Positions 1 through 8,745 of a stretch of 64,000 bases of DNA are shown piece by piece. The translations under genes were made by a program, and so were the position numbers. The stretch is taken from positions 1,505-65,504 of the forward strand of contig JAKQLJ010000052.1 of NCBI GenBank assembly GCA_029567195.1, in the 5' to 3' direction. Below the pieces are notes generated by a model, which worked only from the letters and a program-made list of their open reading frames with translations, was not told where the DNA came from and did no database searches. Within the stretch, counting starts at the first letter, position 1. Each line of letters starts with the position of its first letter. The DNA is from a bacterium. Its GTDB lineage: Bacteria > Patescibacteriota > Minisyncoccia > Moranbacterales > UBA2206.

Positions 1-395
1 AGGAATTCGGGACCTTGGCCGGTGCCAGCGACGTGCCTAACAATGCCCAAAACTTTTCCGGACAAGGAATGAAGACTCCAGTGGAAAAAGGAGTGGAACT
101 TCAGCCGACCGTTCTTTCGGTCAAGGATTTGACTTCTGAGGAATATTTGAATAAAAGATTTGGCGATAAGGTAGCGGTGGAAAAAAGCATCTTGGAAAGA
201 ATGGGGGAATATGTTGAAACTCATCAGACGGTTATGTGGGAATACGCCTGGATGTTTTCAGTTATTTTGATGTTTCTGTCCATCGTTCTTTCTTCCTTGT
301 CTTTTATGGCGGTAGCCACTCATCATATTATCGATGTTAGAAATATGGAAAATAATTTTTCTGCCAACAGCCAGATGGCCAGGCATGTGTTTTAG
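1..395 (+). CDS. hypothetical membrane protein, 5' end cut by window edge
   Basis: The frame of ORF 15..395 stays open back to base 3. C-terminal hydrophobic helix WMFSVILMFLSIVLSSLSFMAVA. No family recognised. Confidence 0.4.
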   Translation, partial: EFGTLAGASDVPNNAQNFSGQGMKTPVEKGVELQPTVLSVKDLTSEEYLNKRFGDKVAVEKSILERMGEYVETHQTVMWEYAWMFSVILMFLSIVLSSLSFMAVATHHIIDVRNMENNFSANSQMARHVF

Positions 396-419
396 TTAAA
401 ATTAAATATGTCGATTAGT

Positions 420-464
420 CCCTCACCGTTTTTATCGGAATTCTTCCGCTAAGGGCGGTGGGGG
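420..464. repeat. hairpin unit of a CCCTC-type palindromic repeat
   Basis: CCCTCACCG (420-428) pairs with CGGTGGGGG (456-464) with one mismatch. It is followed by GGGGATAAA and an A-rich tail, and both recur after the GIY-YIG ORF. Confidence 0.4.
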
Positions 465-527
465 ATAAAACCCTCATTGCTTTAGTCATATACAAAAAAC
501 TAAAGTAAAAAACAAAAACAAAAATTC

Positions 528-815
528 ATCCCCTCTCACTTTATCTTATGTATTATGTTTATCTGCTAAAAAGTAAAAAGACGGGTAACTTGTATATAGG
601 TTGCTCTGGAGACTTGAAAAAAAGAGTAGAAAGCCATAACAAGGGAAGAAGTGCTTATACTAAAAATGGAGGTCCTTGGGAAGTGAGGTATTACGAAGCT
701 TTTTATTCAAAGGAAGACGCATTTCAGAGGGAAAAGCAATTAAAAAAGAATAAAAGTGGACTTCGTGAGTTAAAAAAGAGATTGGAAAAAAGTATAAGAT
801 AATGTGAGAGGGGAT
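528..815. repeat. perfect 12-bp inverted repeat bracketing the GIY-YIG ORF
   Basis: ATCCCCTCTCAC (528-539) and GTGAGAGGGGAT (804-815) are exact reverse complements. They lie 8 nt before the ATG and 1 nt after the stop. Confidence 0.7.
548..802 (+). CDS. small stand-alone GIY-YIG nuclease family protein (UPF0213/YhbQ-like)
   Basis: YYVYLLKS...GNLYIGCSGDLKKRVESHN matches the GIY-x10-YIG motif plus the conserved R, H and N. 84 aa. Confidence 0.8.
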   Translation: MYYVYLLKSKKTGNLYIGCSGDLKKRVESHNKGRSAYTKNGGPWEVRYYEAFYSKEDAFQREKQLKKNKSGLRELKKRLEKSIR

Positions 816-909
816 AAAGTCGCAAGCTAAAACTTGAGACTAAAAACAAAAAATAAAGATAAGGAATCCTTGTCTTTTCTCCTGAATAATCCGGGAGAAT
901 AAATGGCCT

Positions 910-940
910 AGTCCTGTTTTAACAGGACTTTTGGCTTTTT
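910..940 (+). terminator. rho-independent terminator candidate
   Basis: Stem AGTCCTG/CAGGACT (910-929) followed by TTTGGCTTTTT. Confidence 0.5.
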
Positions 941-1019
941 AGCCATTTAAAAAGAGTCCCGTTAAGACGAGACTCTCGAAGGTTTGGGAAAAACTGACCA
1001 GAAAATAATTTCGGCGATG

Positions 1020-1472
1020 TCACTCCCAGGCATCTCTTGGGTCAGTATTCAACAGGACATTGGTAATCAAATCCGGAGAAGTCATTTTGTATCTCGGAAG
1101 GGGGGTCGTGCTGCCGTTAAATTCGGGACAGAAAAATAAATAGAAGTTAATGGTGACTTTTCTCCCTTCCAGCGCTTCCTTGAATTTATTCACTCCGTAG
1201 GGAACGTCGAAATATTTTGCGGGAAGTTCCAATTTTTTCACTTTCCTTTTGTTTCCTTCGCGAAAAAACCAAAGCTGAGGATCGCCATTGGCTCCAAAAT
1301 GAAGCTCGCCTGTCTTGTTGTTATATTTGTGAAAATTTTGCCATTCCTGGCTTTCTGCGAATTCCTCAAAATTCACTATTTCTCCGGGGTTTTGTGATGA
1401 CGAATCAGACGCAAAGGCGTCCGGACAGAACGCAATCGACAAAAACAAGCAAACAACCAATACGGTTTTCAT
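1020..1472 (-). CDS. secreted hypothetical protein
   Basis: 150-aa ORF with signal peptide MKTVLVVCLFLSIAFCPDAFA. No family recognised. Confidence 0.6.
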   Translation of the reverse strand: MKTVLVVCLFLSIAFCPDAFASDSSSQNPGEIVNFEEFAESQEWQNFHKYNNKTGELHFGANGDPQLWFFREGNKRKVKKLELPAKYFDVPYGVNKFKEALEGRKVTINFYLFFCPEFNGSTTPLPRYKMTSPDLITNVLLNTDPRDAWE

Positions 1473-1595
1473 GACAAATCCTCCATTTTTTATACCTCGG
1501 TTAATATTATATTCAAAAAAGAACGACAGCGGATGTTACCATAAATTATTTGAAAAGTCAAGCCGGACGCATTTTTAAATTTTTTAATCAGTCTT

Positions 1596-1641
1596 TTTAA
1601 AAAATAAAGCCCCGGCTGACGATGAAACGTCTAGCCGGGGC
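1596..1641 (-). terminator. rho-independent terminator
   Basis: Stem GCCCCGGCT/AGCCGGGGC (1609-1641). On the minus strand it is followed by TTTATTTTTT, 12 nt after the stop of ORF 1653..2072. Confidence 0.75.
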
Positions 1642-1652
1642 CGAAGAGGGCA

Positions 1653-2072
1653 TCATTCGCCCTCTTTTTGAACTCTCGCCCAATCGTTCTTTCCTCCTCG
1701 TTCTTCTTCCAGGGAGAGAAGTAGGATGCCGGTGATTTTAGTTATTTCTCCTTTGGGATTTATGAAAAAGGAAACAAAAACTCCAGCGCTTTTTCCAATT
1801 TCTTTTCTGAAAAGAAAAATTTTTGGAAACTCCCTTTCCATTTCTTCAGGAGAAATCGTTTTTTCCTGGCCTTCCTTGGTTTTTAAAGTGAAATAATCGT
1901 TTTCTTCTTGGATCATTTCCATTTCCGTGGCGAATTCATATTTCTCGTATTCATATTTCTCGCACTCGCATTTCTCTTCGGCGGCAAAAGCCGGGGAAAT
2001 GAGGAAGCCTACAGCCATAAGTGCCGACAGGGAAAAAATGATTCCGAAAATAACTTTCGCCCCTCGTTTCAT
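1653..2072 (-). CDS. secreted or membrane-anchored hypothetical protein
   Basis: 139-aa ORF with N-terminal hydrophobic segment VIFGIIFSLSALMAVGFLISPAFA. Has its own terminator. Confidence 0.6.
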   Translation of the reverse strand: MKRGAKVIFGIIFSLSALMAVGFLISPAFAAEEKCECEKYEYEKYEFATEMEMIQEENDYFTLKTKEGQEKTISPEEMEREFPKIFLFRKEIGKSAGVFVSFFINPKGEITKITGILLLSLEEERGGKNDWARVQKEGE

Positions 2073-2335
2073 TAGTGCTCCTCCTTAATTGTAAATGAAG
2101 AAAAAAAGGTAAGCGAGCAAAAGCAACCCAATCACCGTTGGTATGAAAAAGAGTCTTTGATCCGTGTCCATGATACCCCCTCATTTTGGACGATAAATTT
2201 TAAAAGTTCTGCAAATATTGGTGACTATCAATTATACTTCAAAGAGGCCCATTTGTCAAGCGGATTTTTATGAAAGGAAAATTAAAGAAAAAAGCCCGAA
2301 AAACAAAAGGGCATTTTCAGTTGGTTTTTTCGATC

Positions 2336-3331
2336 TCATTTTTCCGGTGGCAAAGGCCGGGAAACATTAGGCAGATTGATATATATTTTTGTTTTTCCTT
2401 GTCCTGTTTCAAATCGGACATTTCCGCCATGAAATTCGGCGATTAGTTTTATAATATAAGTGCCAAGTCCCTGGCCTTTGGTTTTTCCTTCAGTAACATC
2501 TATTTCCCAAAATTTATCGCGGATTTTTTCGGGAATTTCCCCGTCATTTTGAAAGCAAAGTTCAATGGACTGATCTTCAAGAGTTTTAGAGGAGACGACA
2601 ATTTTTCCTTCAACAGGGGAAGCCTCGGCGGCATTTTTTAGGACATTTGAAAGAAGTCGGCTAAAAGATTTTTTGTCGACAATTACTTTTCCCAGCTGTG
2701 ATTTTTCATTTTCCAAATCAAAGCTGATGCCTTTTTTCTCGATCAAGGGATCAAGCGCTCTTGCGGCATCGTCGGTAAGATTTTCAAAACTCTCCTTGCT
2801 AAATTCCCCCTGGTATATCCCGTTTTCTATTTCAAAAGTAACCAGCGGATTGTCCACCATATCGGCAATTCTTTCGCTATCCTTGGCGATAGCTCTTAGA
2901 AAAATTTCCGAGTTTTCGGGAACTTGATTGTTGAATTCGGCAATTTTTTGGGCTGTGCGGGAGAATTTAAGGGTTTCTTCCTTTAAGTTATCAAGAAAGC
3001 TACTCAAAAGTTGAGGAATCGCTTCCTTATTGTCTTCGAGAAGCGGAGGCTTGGCGCTAAGATCCATCAAAGCCCTTCCCTGGATGATTATTTCTTTTAA
3101 TAAAGCCACCAGATCCTCGGGCACTTTTTCGCCATTTTCGTTTGAAGAAATTTTATTCAGGGTGAATTCTGCCATTCCGACCATGGTCATAGCCGGATTA
3201 AGATCATGCAAAAAAGTCCGGAGGCTGTTTATGAGCGGCTCTAATTCTTTAGAAGGTTTTTCTGTCAAAGTTCGGCTATATTTTTCTAATCCGCGCGTAG
3301 GCAAGACAGACCTTTTTTCCGATTCCATCAT
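2336..3331 (-). CDS. cytoplasmic sensor histidine kinase
   Basis: H-box FLHDLNPAMT. HATPase_c N-box LSNVLKNAAEA and G-boxes NDGEIP and GQGLGTYIIKLIAEFHGG. No TM helix. Confidence 0.8.
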   Translation of the reverse strand: MMESEKRSVLPTRGLEKYSRTLTEKPSKELEPLINSLRTFLHDLNPAMTMVGMAEFTLNKISSNENGEKVPEDLVALLKEIIIQGRALMDLSAKPPLLEDNKEAIPQLLSSFLDNLKEETLKFSRTAQKIAEFNNQVPENSEIFLRAIAKDSERIADMVDNPLVTFEIENGIYQGEFSKESFENLTDDAARALDPLIEKKGISFDLENEKSQLGKVIVDKKSFSRLLSNVLKNAAEASPVEGKIVVSSKTLEDQSIELCFQNDGEIPEKIRDKFWEIDVTEGKTKGQGLGTYIIKLIAEFHGGNVRFETGQGKTKIYINLPNVSRPLPPEK

Positions 3332-3646
3332 TTTTTGTTTATATTTACAATGTCATTTTCTCACAGGGAGTTTTCTTTGTAAATAGGATGCGGTCGGATT
3401 TAAGCAAATGGAAATCAAACGGGGCATAAAAATAATGTGGATAACTCTATTTGCTAAAAAAATGGCAGATGCTGTATACTGGTTGTAGCCAAAAAGAAAA
3501 ACAGCAAAAGCAAAAAGCAGAAAAGAAAATAAAAGATAATAAAAAATTTCTCATTCTTGCTCAGAGGGAAGCAGGTTAGGGCGTGGGGAAAAGAGGTATA
3601 TGGAAATATTCTTTAGGGTGAAGAAAGAATATTGGGTTTTTAGGAA

Positions 3647-3702
3647 AACCAACCAGTGTTCATTATTTTTTTAATGGGCAGTGGTTGGTTTTTTTGTTTT
3701 TT
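3647..3702 (+). terminator. orphan hairpin plus T-run (possible end of a short transcript)
   Basis: AACCAACCAGTG (3647-3658) pairs with CAGTGGTTGGTT (3679-3690) with one mismatch, then TTTTTGTTTTTT. No CDS lies upstream on this strand. Confidence 0.4.
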
Positions 3703-3796
3703 AGAGATTGGTGCAGAGTTTAATATAAAAAATAAAACTAAGGTCGAGGGTGTCAGGCCGCCCGGAGCGTCTGAGAAATTAATTAATTTGAATTCG

Positions 3797-3858
3797 CCCT
3801 ATGGAGTAATTTTGATTTCATCAAAATTAATTTCGTAAACGAAATTTACTCTATAGGG
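3797..3858 (+). promoter_or_regulatory. structured 5' leader of the TasA-like gene
   Basis: A 13-nt inverted repeat, CCCTATGGAGTAA / TTACTCTATAGGG (one mismatch), encloses two small hairpins (TTTTGAT..ATCAAAA and AATTTCGT..ACGAAATT). It ends 12 nt before the ATG at 3871. Confidence 0.3.
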
Positions 3859-3870
3859 TAAAAATAACTT

Positions 3871-4820
3871 ATGAAAAATATCACAAAATCATTGGTTATG
3901 ATCGCGGCTGTCGCGGCATTAGCCATTGGTGGAACTGTGGCGTATTTCAGCGACACAGAAGAATCAACCGGTAATACTTTCACAGCCGGACAATTGATAT
4001 TGCAGTGAATGGAGAAAATCCATGGGAATCAACTGCGGAATATGCATTCTCTAATATGGAACCAAGCGATGACGAAGATATTAATGTAACGCTTTCTAAT
4101 GTTGGAACAAACCCTGTCGTTATCTGGAAAAAAGTTTCTGTGACAGCAGAAACAGGAGGTACGATGAGCGAACCAGAATGTGATGAAGAAGGCGGAACAT
4201 ATTCAGAAGGGACTTGCAGTAGCAATACTGCCGTAGATAATCTTTCAACCCAATTTGTCTATGGAATGAATATTGGTGGAAATACCAATATTGATCAAGC
4301 TTGGGACGTGAGAGTATCTGACATTAATGATCTTTGGATTCCCGTTGGAAGACTTGATGCAGGGGATTCTTTAGCTGTTGATCAGAATTATTATTTTGAC
4401 GAAGAAGCTGGAAATGAATATCAGGGAGATCAAATGACATTCAATATCACTTTCTATGCCGAACAGCTAAATGCTCCTGGGCCAGCTCATACTACAAGAG
4501 GAGTTGTTCTTGAAAACAAGGATGCCTCTGGTGATTGGGCGCCAGTTGTTGGAGACGGAACGTGGGGAATTTTAACATGGGATGCTTCTGACAATTATAC
4601 TGTTAGAGCTTGGGGATTGGCTGGAGCAAGCTACAGAGTTGCTCATTATAATGAAGCTACATCAACCCAAACTTTAATGGATGACACATTAACTCCTTCT
4701 GGAGGATCAGTTTCTGATACTGGAACGCTGACTGTTACAGGCGCAGATTCTAAATATTGGTTGAGGGATCTGACTTGGAATAACAATAATACTCTTTGGG
4801 AAGCTAACTTAGCTGACTAA
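3871..4820 (+). pseudogene. TasA/camelysin-like secreted subunit with SipW-type signal peptide, split by a 1-nt frameshift near 3994-3998
   Basis: ORF 3871..4008 encodes MKNITKSLVMIAAVAALAIGGTVAYFSDTEESTGNTFTAGQL and then stops. ORF 4005..4820 read back in its own frame gives ..DIAVNGENPW.., so the family motif NxFxAGxLDI is cut in two. The C-terminal part carries NEYQGDQMTFNITFYAEQ. Confidence 0.65.
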
Positions 4821-4898
4821 GGATTATTTTTGAATTCTCTTACCTCGCCTGAGATTTTCGGGCGAGGAAGTGAGGATTTAGTTTAATGATGCCTGAAT

Positions 4899-5468
4899 AT
4901 GATTAAAAAGATTTTCAAAACAATCTATTATCTCATTCTCGCAGTTATCGCAGTAATTGTTCTTATTCTCGTGCTGTCAGTTTTTTCAGTAGGCGGAATG
5001 AAGACATTAATCGTGCTTTCCGGATCAATGGAACCGGAAATCAAAACTGGGAGTGTGGTTTTGGTAAAACCGGCGGCGGAATATAAGGTTGGGGATATAA
5101 TCACTTTTAAGGGAAACGAAAAGACTAAGACACCGACAACTCATAGAATAAATGAAATAAAGGATGTTGGCGGGCAAAAAGCTTATGAAACGAAAGGAGA
5201 TGCCAACAATGCTCCAGATCAAAAAACTATTTCTGAAAAGGAAATCATAGGAAAGTTGGTTTTTGGCGTGCCTTTGGTGGGATATGCAGTAGCGGCAGCG
5301 CAAAAGCCAGTTGGTTTTCTTGTAATCGTAATTATTCCGGTGGTGATCATTATTTATGACGAAGCGCAGAATATAAAAAAGGAGATTATGAAGAAGATTG
5401 ATTATAAAAATAGGATTAAGAAAAGAGAAGAAGAAAAGCAAGAGACAGGAGAAAATAATAACAATTAA
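4899..5468 (+). CDS. sipW: signal peptidase I, SipW (archaeal/ER) type
   Basis: LSGSMEPEIKTGSVVLVKP closely matches the B. subtilis SipW serine box. Also THRI and KGDANNAPD. TM helices at both the N and C termini. Confidence 0.8.
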   Translation: MIKKIFKTIYYLILAVIAVIVLILVLSVFSVGGMKTLIVLSGSMEPEIKTGSVVLVKPAAEYKVGDIITFKGNEKTKTPTTHRINEIKDVGGQKAYETKGDANNAPDQKTISEKEIIGKLVFGVPLVGYAVAAAQKPVGFLVIVIIPVVIIIYDEAQNIKKEIMKKIDYKNRIKKREEEKQETGENNNN

Positions 5469-5471
5469 CAT

Positions 5472-5550
5472 GTCATCCCGGATTTAGTCCGGGATCCAGT
5501 CGGAAAATTGAAAAAGATTGGTTCTGGATTCCCGCCTGCGCGGGAATGAC
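5472..5550. repeat. GTCAT...ATGAC nested-palindrome repeat, short form (copy A)
   Basis: GTCATCCCGGATTTAGTCCGGGATCC ... GGATTCCCGCCTGCGCGGGAATGAC. Each end is a hairpin and the two ends are mutually inverted. Confidence 0.7.
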
Positions 5551-5561
5551 AATGGGGCGGG

Positions 5562-7625
5562 ATGAAGAAAAAACGGAATAAAGAATATAGATCAGTCATT
5601 ACGCGAAGGATATTAAAATCGATTGAAAAAATCGGAATTTGTATTCTGATTGTAGCTTTTTTTGCACCAGTTATGGCAATGCGAGGAACTAATGCCGGAT
5701 TTTTGGACGAGGAGAAAAGCGAGGGGAATAGTTTTTCTGCCACCACACTGGATTTTTCAGTTTCCAGCACTGGCGATTTTTCACCCAAGATTTCTCCGTC
5801 TAAGGAAACACTTCGTTCTGCTTCCATTTCCAAAGATGGAAATTTGAATTTTAAATATCGAGTTTTGGCTAATAATTTTTCCGGGGATTCAGCGCTTTGC
5901 GCCGCATTGGAAATCAAAGATGATTCGGATGATACCTACGGGAATTTAAGTAGCTATATTTCTTCTGAAACTGATAATACCACCAAAACTGATTGGGAAT
6001 TCACTGTTAAGCTAACAGACAATGACGAGAGTTTAGCTGACAAAACTTGCAATTTTGATTTGGTTTTTGAGGCTTGGCAGGAGGATTTGGCTTATGGTGC
6101 AGGCGGATTTACGGATATAGAAACAGTTTCCAGCCAGATTGAATCCGATCACTGGACCAATATCGCCGATCATTTGGTAATTAACGAGGTTTATTATGAT
6201 GCTGATGGCACTCATGGATCGGAACCGGATAATGAATGGGTGGAACTTTATAATCCAACTTCCAGCTCTGTCAACATTAAAGATTGGGAAATTTGTGATA
6301 ATTATGGTTGTTCTGATTTAGCAACTTCGGATTTAGAAATTCCGGCCAATGGTTATGCTGTCGTAGCAAAAGAAATGTCCACTTGGGGCTATTGGGTGAT
6401 TCCCGGAAGCGCTGTAAAAATTGTTTTAGGAGAAGCTATCGGAAATAGCGGACTGAGAAATTCTGGAGACAGGGTAATATTAACAGACGACAGTGGAATC
6501 ACTATTGATAAGATGAGCTACGGAGATGATAATAATGGATTGAATCCTCCTTGCTCTGACATTCCCGCCGGTCATTCTTTAGCACGTCATCCGGCCGGAC
6601 AGGATTCAGATACCAGGAGTGATTTTGAAGAACTTTCCAATCCTAATCCAGGAACTAATCCGCATACGGTGGTGATGAATGAAATTATGCCTAATCCGAT
6701 TGGCGACGATGATGCTGATATGCCTGGCGGAGAATGGATAGAATTGTATAATTATGGTGAATATCTGATAGATTTGAAAGATTGGAAATTGGAAGATGGC
6801 GATGGAAACGTTTTGGAGATAAAAGACAGCAATACTGAAAGTGACAGCACGACAATTGCTGCCGGAGAAAGGCTGGTAATATATCGAAACGGGGATAATG
6901 ACTTTGATCTTGATGATGACGGCGATGAAGTGCGGCTGATTGATGAAAAAGGGCTGATAAAAGATTCATATGCATTTACTGAAACTGTCGAAGGAAAATC
7001 TATTGCCAGATTTCCCGATGCTGTTGGTCCCTGGATAGATCCGGAGGCTACGCCAGGCGAAGAAAATAAATTGAAGGAAAAAGAGTTAAATGCTTTTAGA
7101 CTGAAAACGTTTGATGTTTGTTTTAATGGAAAAGGAAAAATTAAGAAAGATAGCGAAGAGGAAATTTGCGCACCAGAATTTTTGAAATATTTAGGAATGA
7201 TTGACGAGTTAGATGATGAAAAACTGAATAATAATGTTGAATTGGAAGTGCTTAAATTGAAAAAAGAACAAGAAGAGGATAAGTTAGCTACCTTATTAAA
7301 TGAAACTAAAAAAATGGCCGTTGATGAAGACTCTTTAGAAGATAAAAAAGACACATCTGAAATGCCAGTTTCCGATAAAAAAGATTCCTTAACTGGTGCG
7401 GAAAATGTTGGAACAGAAACAGAAAATAATACTGAAGATGAAGATGATAATGATGTTGCGGGCGATGAAAATGATCTTGGAAATGAAACTAGCGGGGATA
7501 TTTCCGAAGAAACAGACGATAAGGATAAAAAAGAAGAAACGACAGATGATGGAAGTAGCGGAAAAAAAGAGGAAGAAAATGAAATTGATAATACTATAAA
7601 AAATGAAGGCGATGGACAAATTTAA
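5562..7625 (+). CDS. TasA-like N-terminal domain fused to two lamin-tail (LTD) domains and an acidic tail
   Basis: A TM helix is followed by GTNAGFLDEEKSEGNSFSATTLDF (SipW-type N-terminus) and CNFDLVFEAWQ. LTD-like segments are LVINEVYYDADG..EWVELYNPTSSSVNIKDWEI and VVMNEIMPNP..EWIELYNYGEYLIDLKDWKL. The last ~170 aa are D/E/K-rich. Confidence 0.75.
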   Translation: MKKKRNKEYRSVITRRILKSIEKIGICILIVAFFAPVMAMRGTNAGFLDEEKSEGNSFSATTLDFSVSSTGDFSPKISPSKETLRSASISKDGNLNFKYRVLANNFSGDSALCAALEIKDDSDDTYGNLSSYISSETDNTTKTDWEFTVKLTDNDESLADKTCNFDLVFEAWQEDLAYGAGGFTDIETVSSQIESDHWTNIADHLVINEVYYDADGTHGSEPDNEWVELYNPTSSSVNIKDWEICDNYGCSDLATSDLEIPANGYAVVAKEMSTWGYWVIPGSAVKIVLGEAIGNSGLRNSGDRVILTDDSGITIDKMSYGDDNNGLNPPCSDIPAGHSLARHPAGQDSDTRSDFEELSNPNPGTNPHTVVMNEIMPNPIGDDDADMPGGEWIELYNYGEYLIDLKDWKLEDGDGNVLEIKDSNTESDSTTIAAGERLVIYRNGDNDFDLDDDGDEVRLIDEKGLIKDSYAFTETVEGKSIARFPDAVGPWIDPEATPGEENKLKEKELNAFRLKTFDVCFNGKGKIKKDSEEEICAPEFLKYLGMIDELDDEKLNNNVELEVLKLKKEQEEDKLATLLNETKKMAVDEDSLEDKKDTSEMPVSDKKDSLTGAENVGTETENNTEDEDDNDVAGDENDLGNETSGDISEETDDKDKKEETTDDGSSGKKEEENEIDNTIKNEGDGQI

Positions 7626-8634
7626 AAAAATATTAGCTAGTTCAATTTTTTCTCTCGGAATATTATTTTTACCGAGTGCAGTTTTGGCTGGAACTAATAT
7701 TGATGTTGATTTTCCCGATCCTCCCGGACCGATAATAACGGAAACCAATATTTTACCGGGTGATGTTTTTCAACGGACGGTAACGGTTACAAAAATGAAT
7801 GATACAAATCAAACTCTGATGATGAGATTTGATGCTGATGGCGTGACAGAACAATACAGTCTGGCTAAAAAAATGTTGGTCAAAATTAAGCGAATGTCAG
7901 GGACGGTAGAATTTGTGGATATGCCCAATGGAACAAAAGAACAAACTTTGGAAGAACTTTACGATTATCAAAGCGGGGATGATGACGGCGCATTTGATTT
8001 TGATGTTATTTCAGGTTCGGCCGGATCAACTTTCCCTTATCAAATCCAATTTACTTTTGATCCGTTGACGGATAATAATTTTCAAGGAAAATCAACAGTT
8101 TTTGATATTTCAATGGGAATTTTTTCTGAAAGTTCTAATGATGTCGATGATGATGACGACGACGATGATGACGGGCACAAAAGGCATCATCAAAATCAGA
8201 CTACAGCTTTAGTGACTGGCGGTTTATTTTCTTCAATATTAGGAGGAGCTCCTGAAAGTTCAGGCGAAGAAGTCCAGGGTGTAACTACTCCGGAAGAAGG
8301 CGGAGGAATTGGCGAGGGATCGGAAATTGCCGGAGAAACCGCTACTTGCGTGAGTTGGCCGCTCTGGGTTTGGATTTTGGCTTTTGCTGTTTTTATTCTT
8401 AATTTCTGGAGAAACGCAAGAAAGAATTATAAAGAAGAGAAATATAAATGGATATTCCCGTTTATCTGGACTTTCATTGCCGTTGTGTTTTGGTATTTCT
8501 TTGATAAATGCCGGGAATACAAATGGTTTTTATACCTTTCCCTGATCGGTGCCATTTTGAGCCATTTCATATATCTCTATATGTTAAAAAGAAAAGTTAA
8601 TAAGGGCATTGACAAAATAGAGGAAAAGCAGTAG
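7603..8634 (+). CDS. secreted TasA-like paralogue with poly-Asp tract and C-terminal membrane anchor
   Basis: Signal peptide ..LFLPSAVLAG. LPGDVFQRTVTVTKMN and NNFQGKSTVFDISMG resemble TasA-family motifs. Contains a D9 run and three C-terminal hydrophobic helices. Overlaps the upstream gene by 23 nt. Confidence 0.6.
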   Translation: MKAMDKFKKILASSIFSLGILFLPSAVLAGTNIDVDFPDPPGPIITETNILPGDVFQRTVTVTKMNDTNQTLMMRFDADGVTEQYSLAKKMLVKIKRMSGTVEFVDMPNGTKEQTLEELYDYQSGDDDGAFDFDVISGSAGSTFPYQIQFTFDPLTDNNFQGKSTVFDISMGIFSESSNDVDDDDDDDDDGHKRHHQNQTTALVTGGLFSSILGGAPESSGEEVQGVTTPEEGGGIGEGSEIAGETATCVSWPLWVWILAFAVFILNFWRNARKNYKEEKYKWIFPFIWTFIAVVFWYFFDKCREYKWFLYLSLIGAILSHFIYLYMLKRKVNKGIDKIEEKQ

Positions 8635-8745
8635 AATGAGGAACATTGTTTTTTGACAAAAAATTATGCTTTATAGGCATAATTTTTTACATATTTATCG
8701 TTTTTTATCTTTTTCTCATTCTCAACATTGCCTCTGGAGGATACC

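Noticed and set aside
943-976. Hairpin AGAGTC..GACTCT as the minus-strand terminator of ORF 1020..1472
   Set aside because: The stem is only 6 bp and the following T-run is 4-5 nt. This is too weak to list as a feature.
5465-5917. ORFs that run through GTCAT...ATGAC repeats (5465..5917, 13312..13533, 31573..31779, 31700..31942, 35129..35335)
   Set aside because: Their sequences are translations of the palindromic repeats, or they are antisense to real genes. The peptide strings such as ..HCHSRAGGNPE.. and ..FPRKPCLPAGRRES.. are repeat-derived.
6691-7748. Minus-strand Ser/Phe-rich ORFs (200 aa, 119 aa, 94 aa) and the plus-strand 7396..7599 ORF
   Set aside because: They mirror the D/E/K-rich tail of the LTD protein in alternative frames. 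They are low-complexity artefacts.
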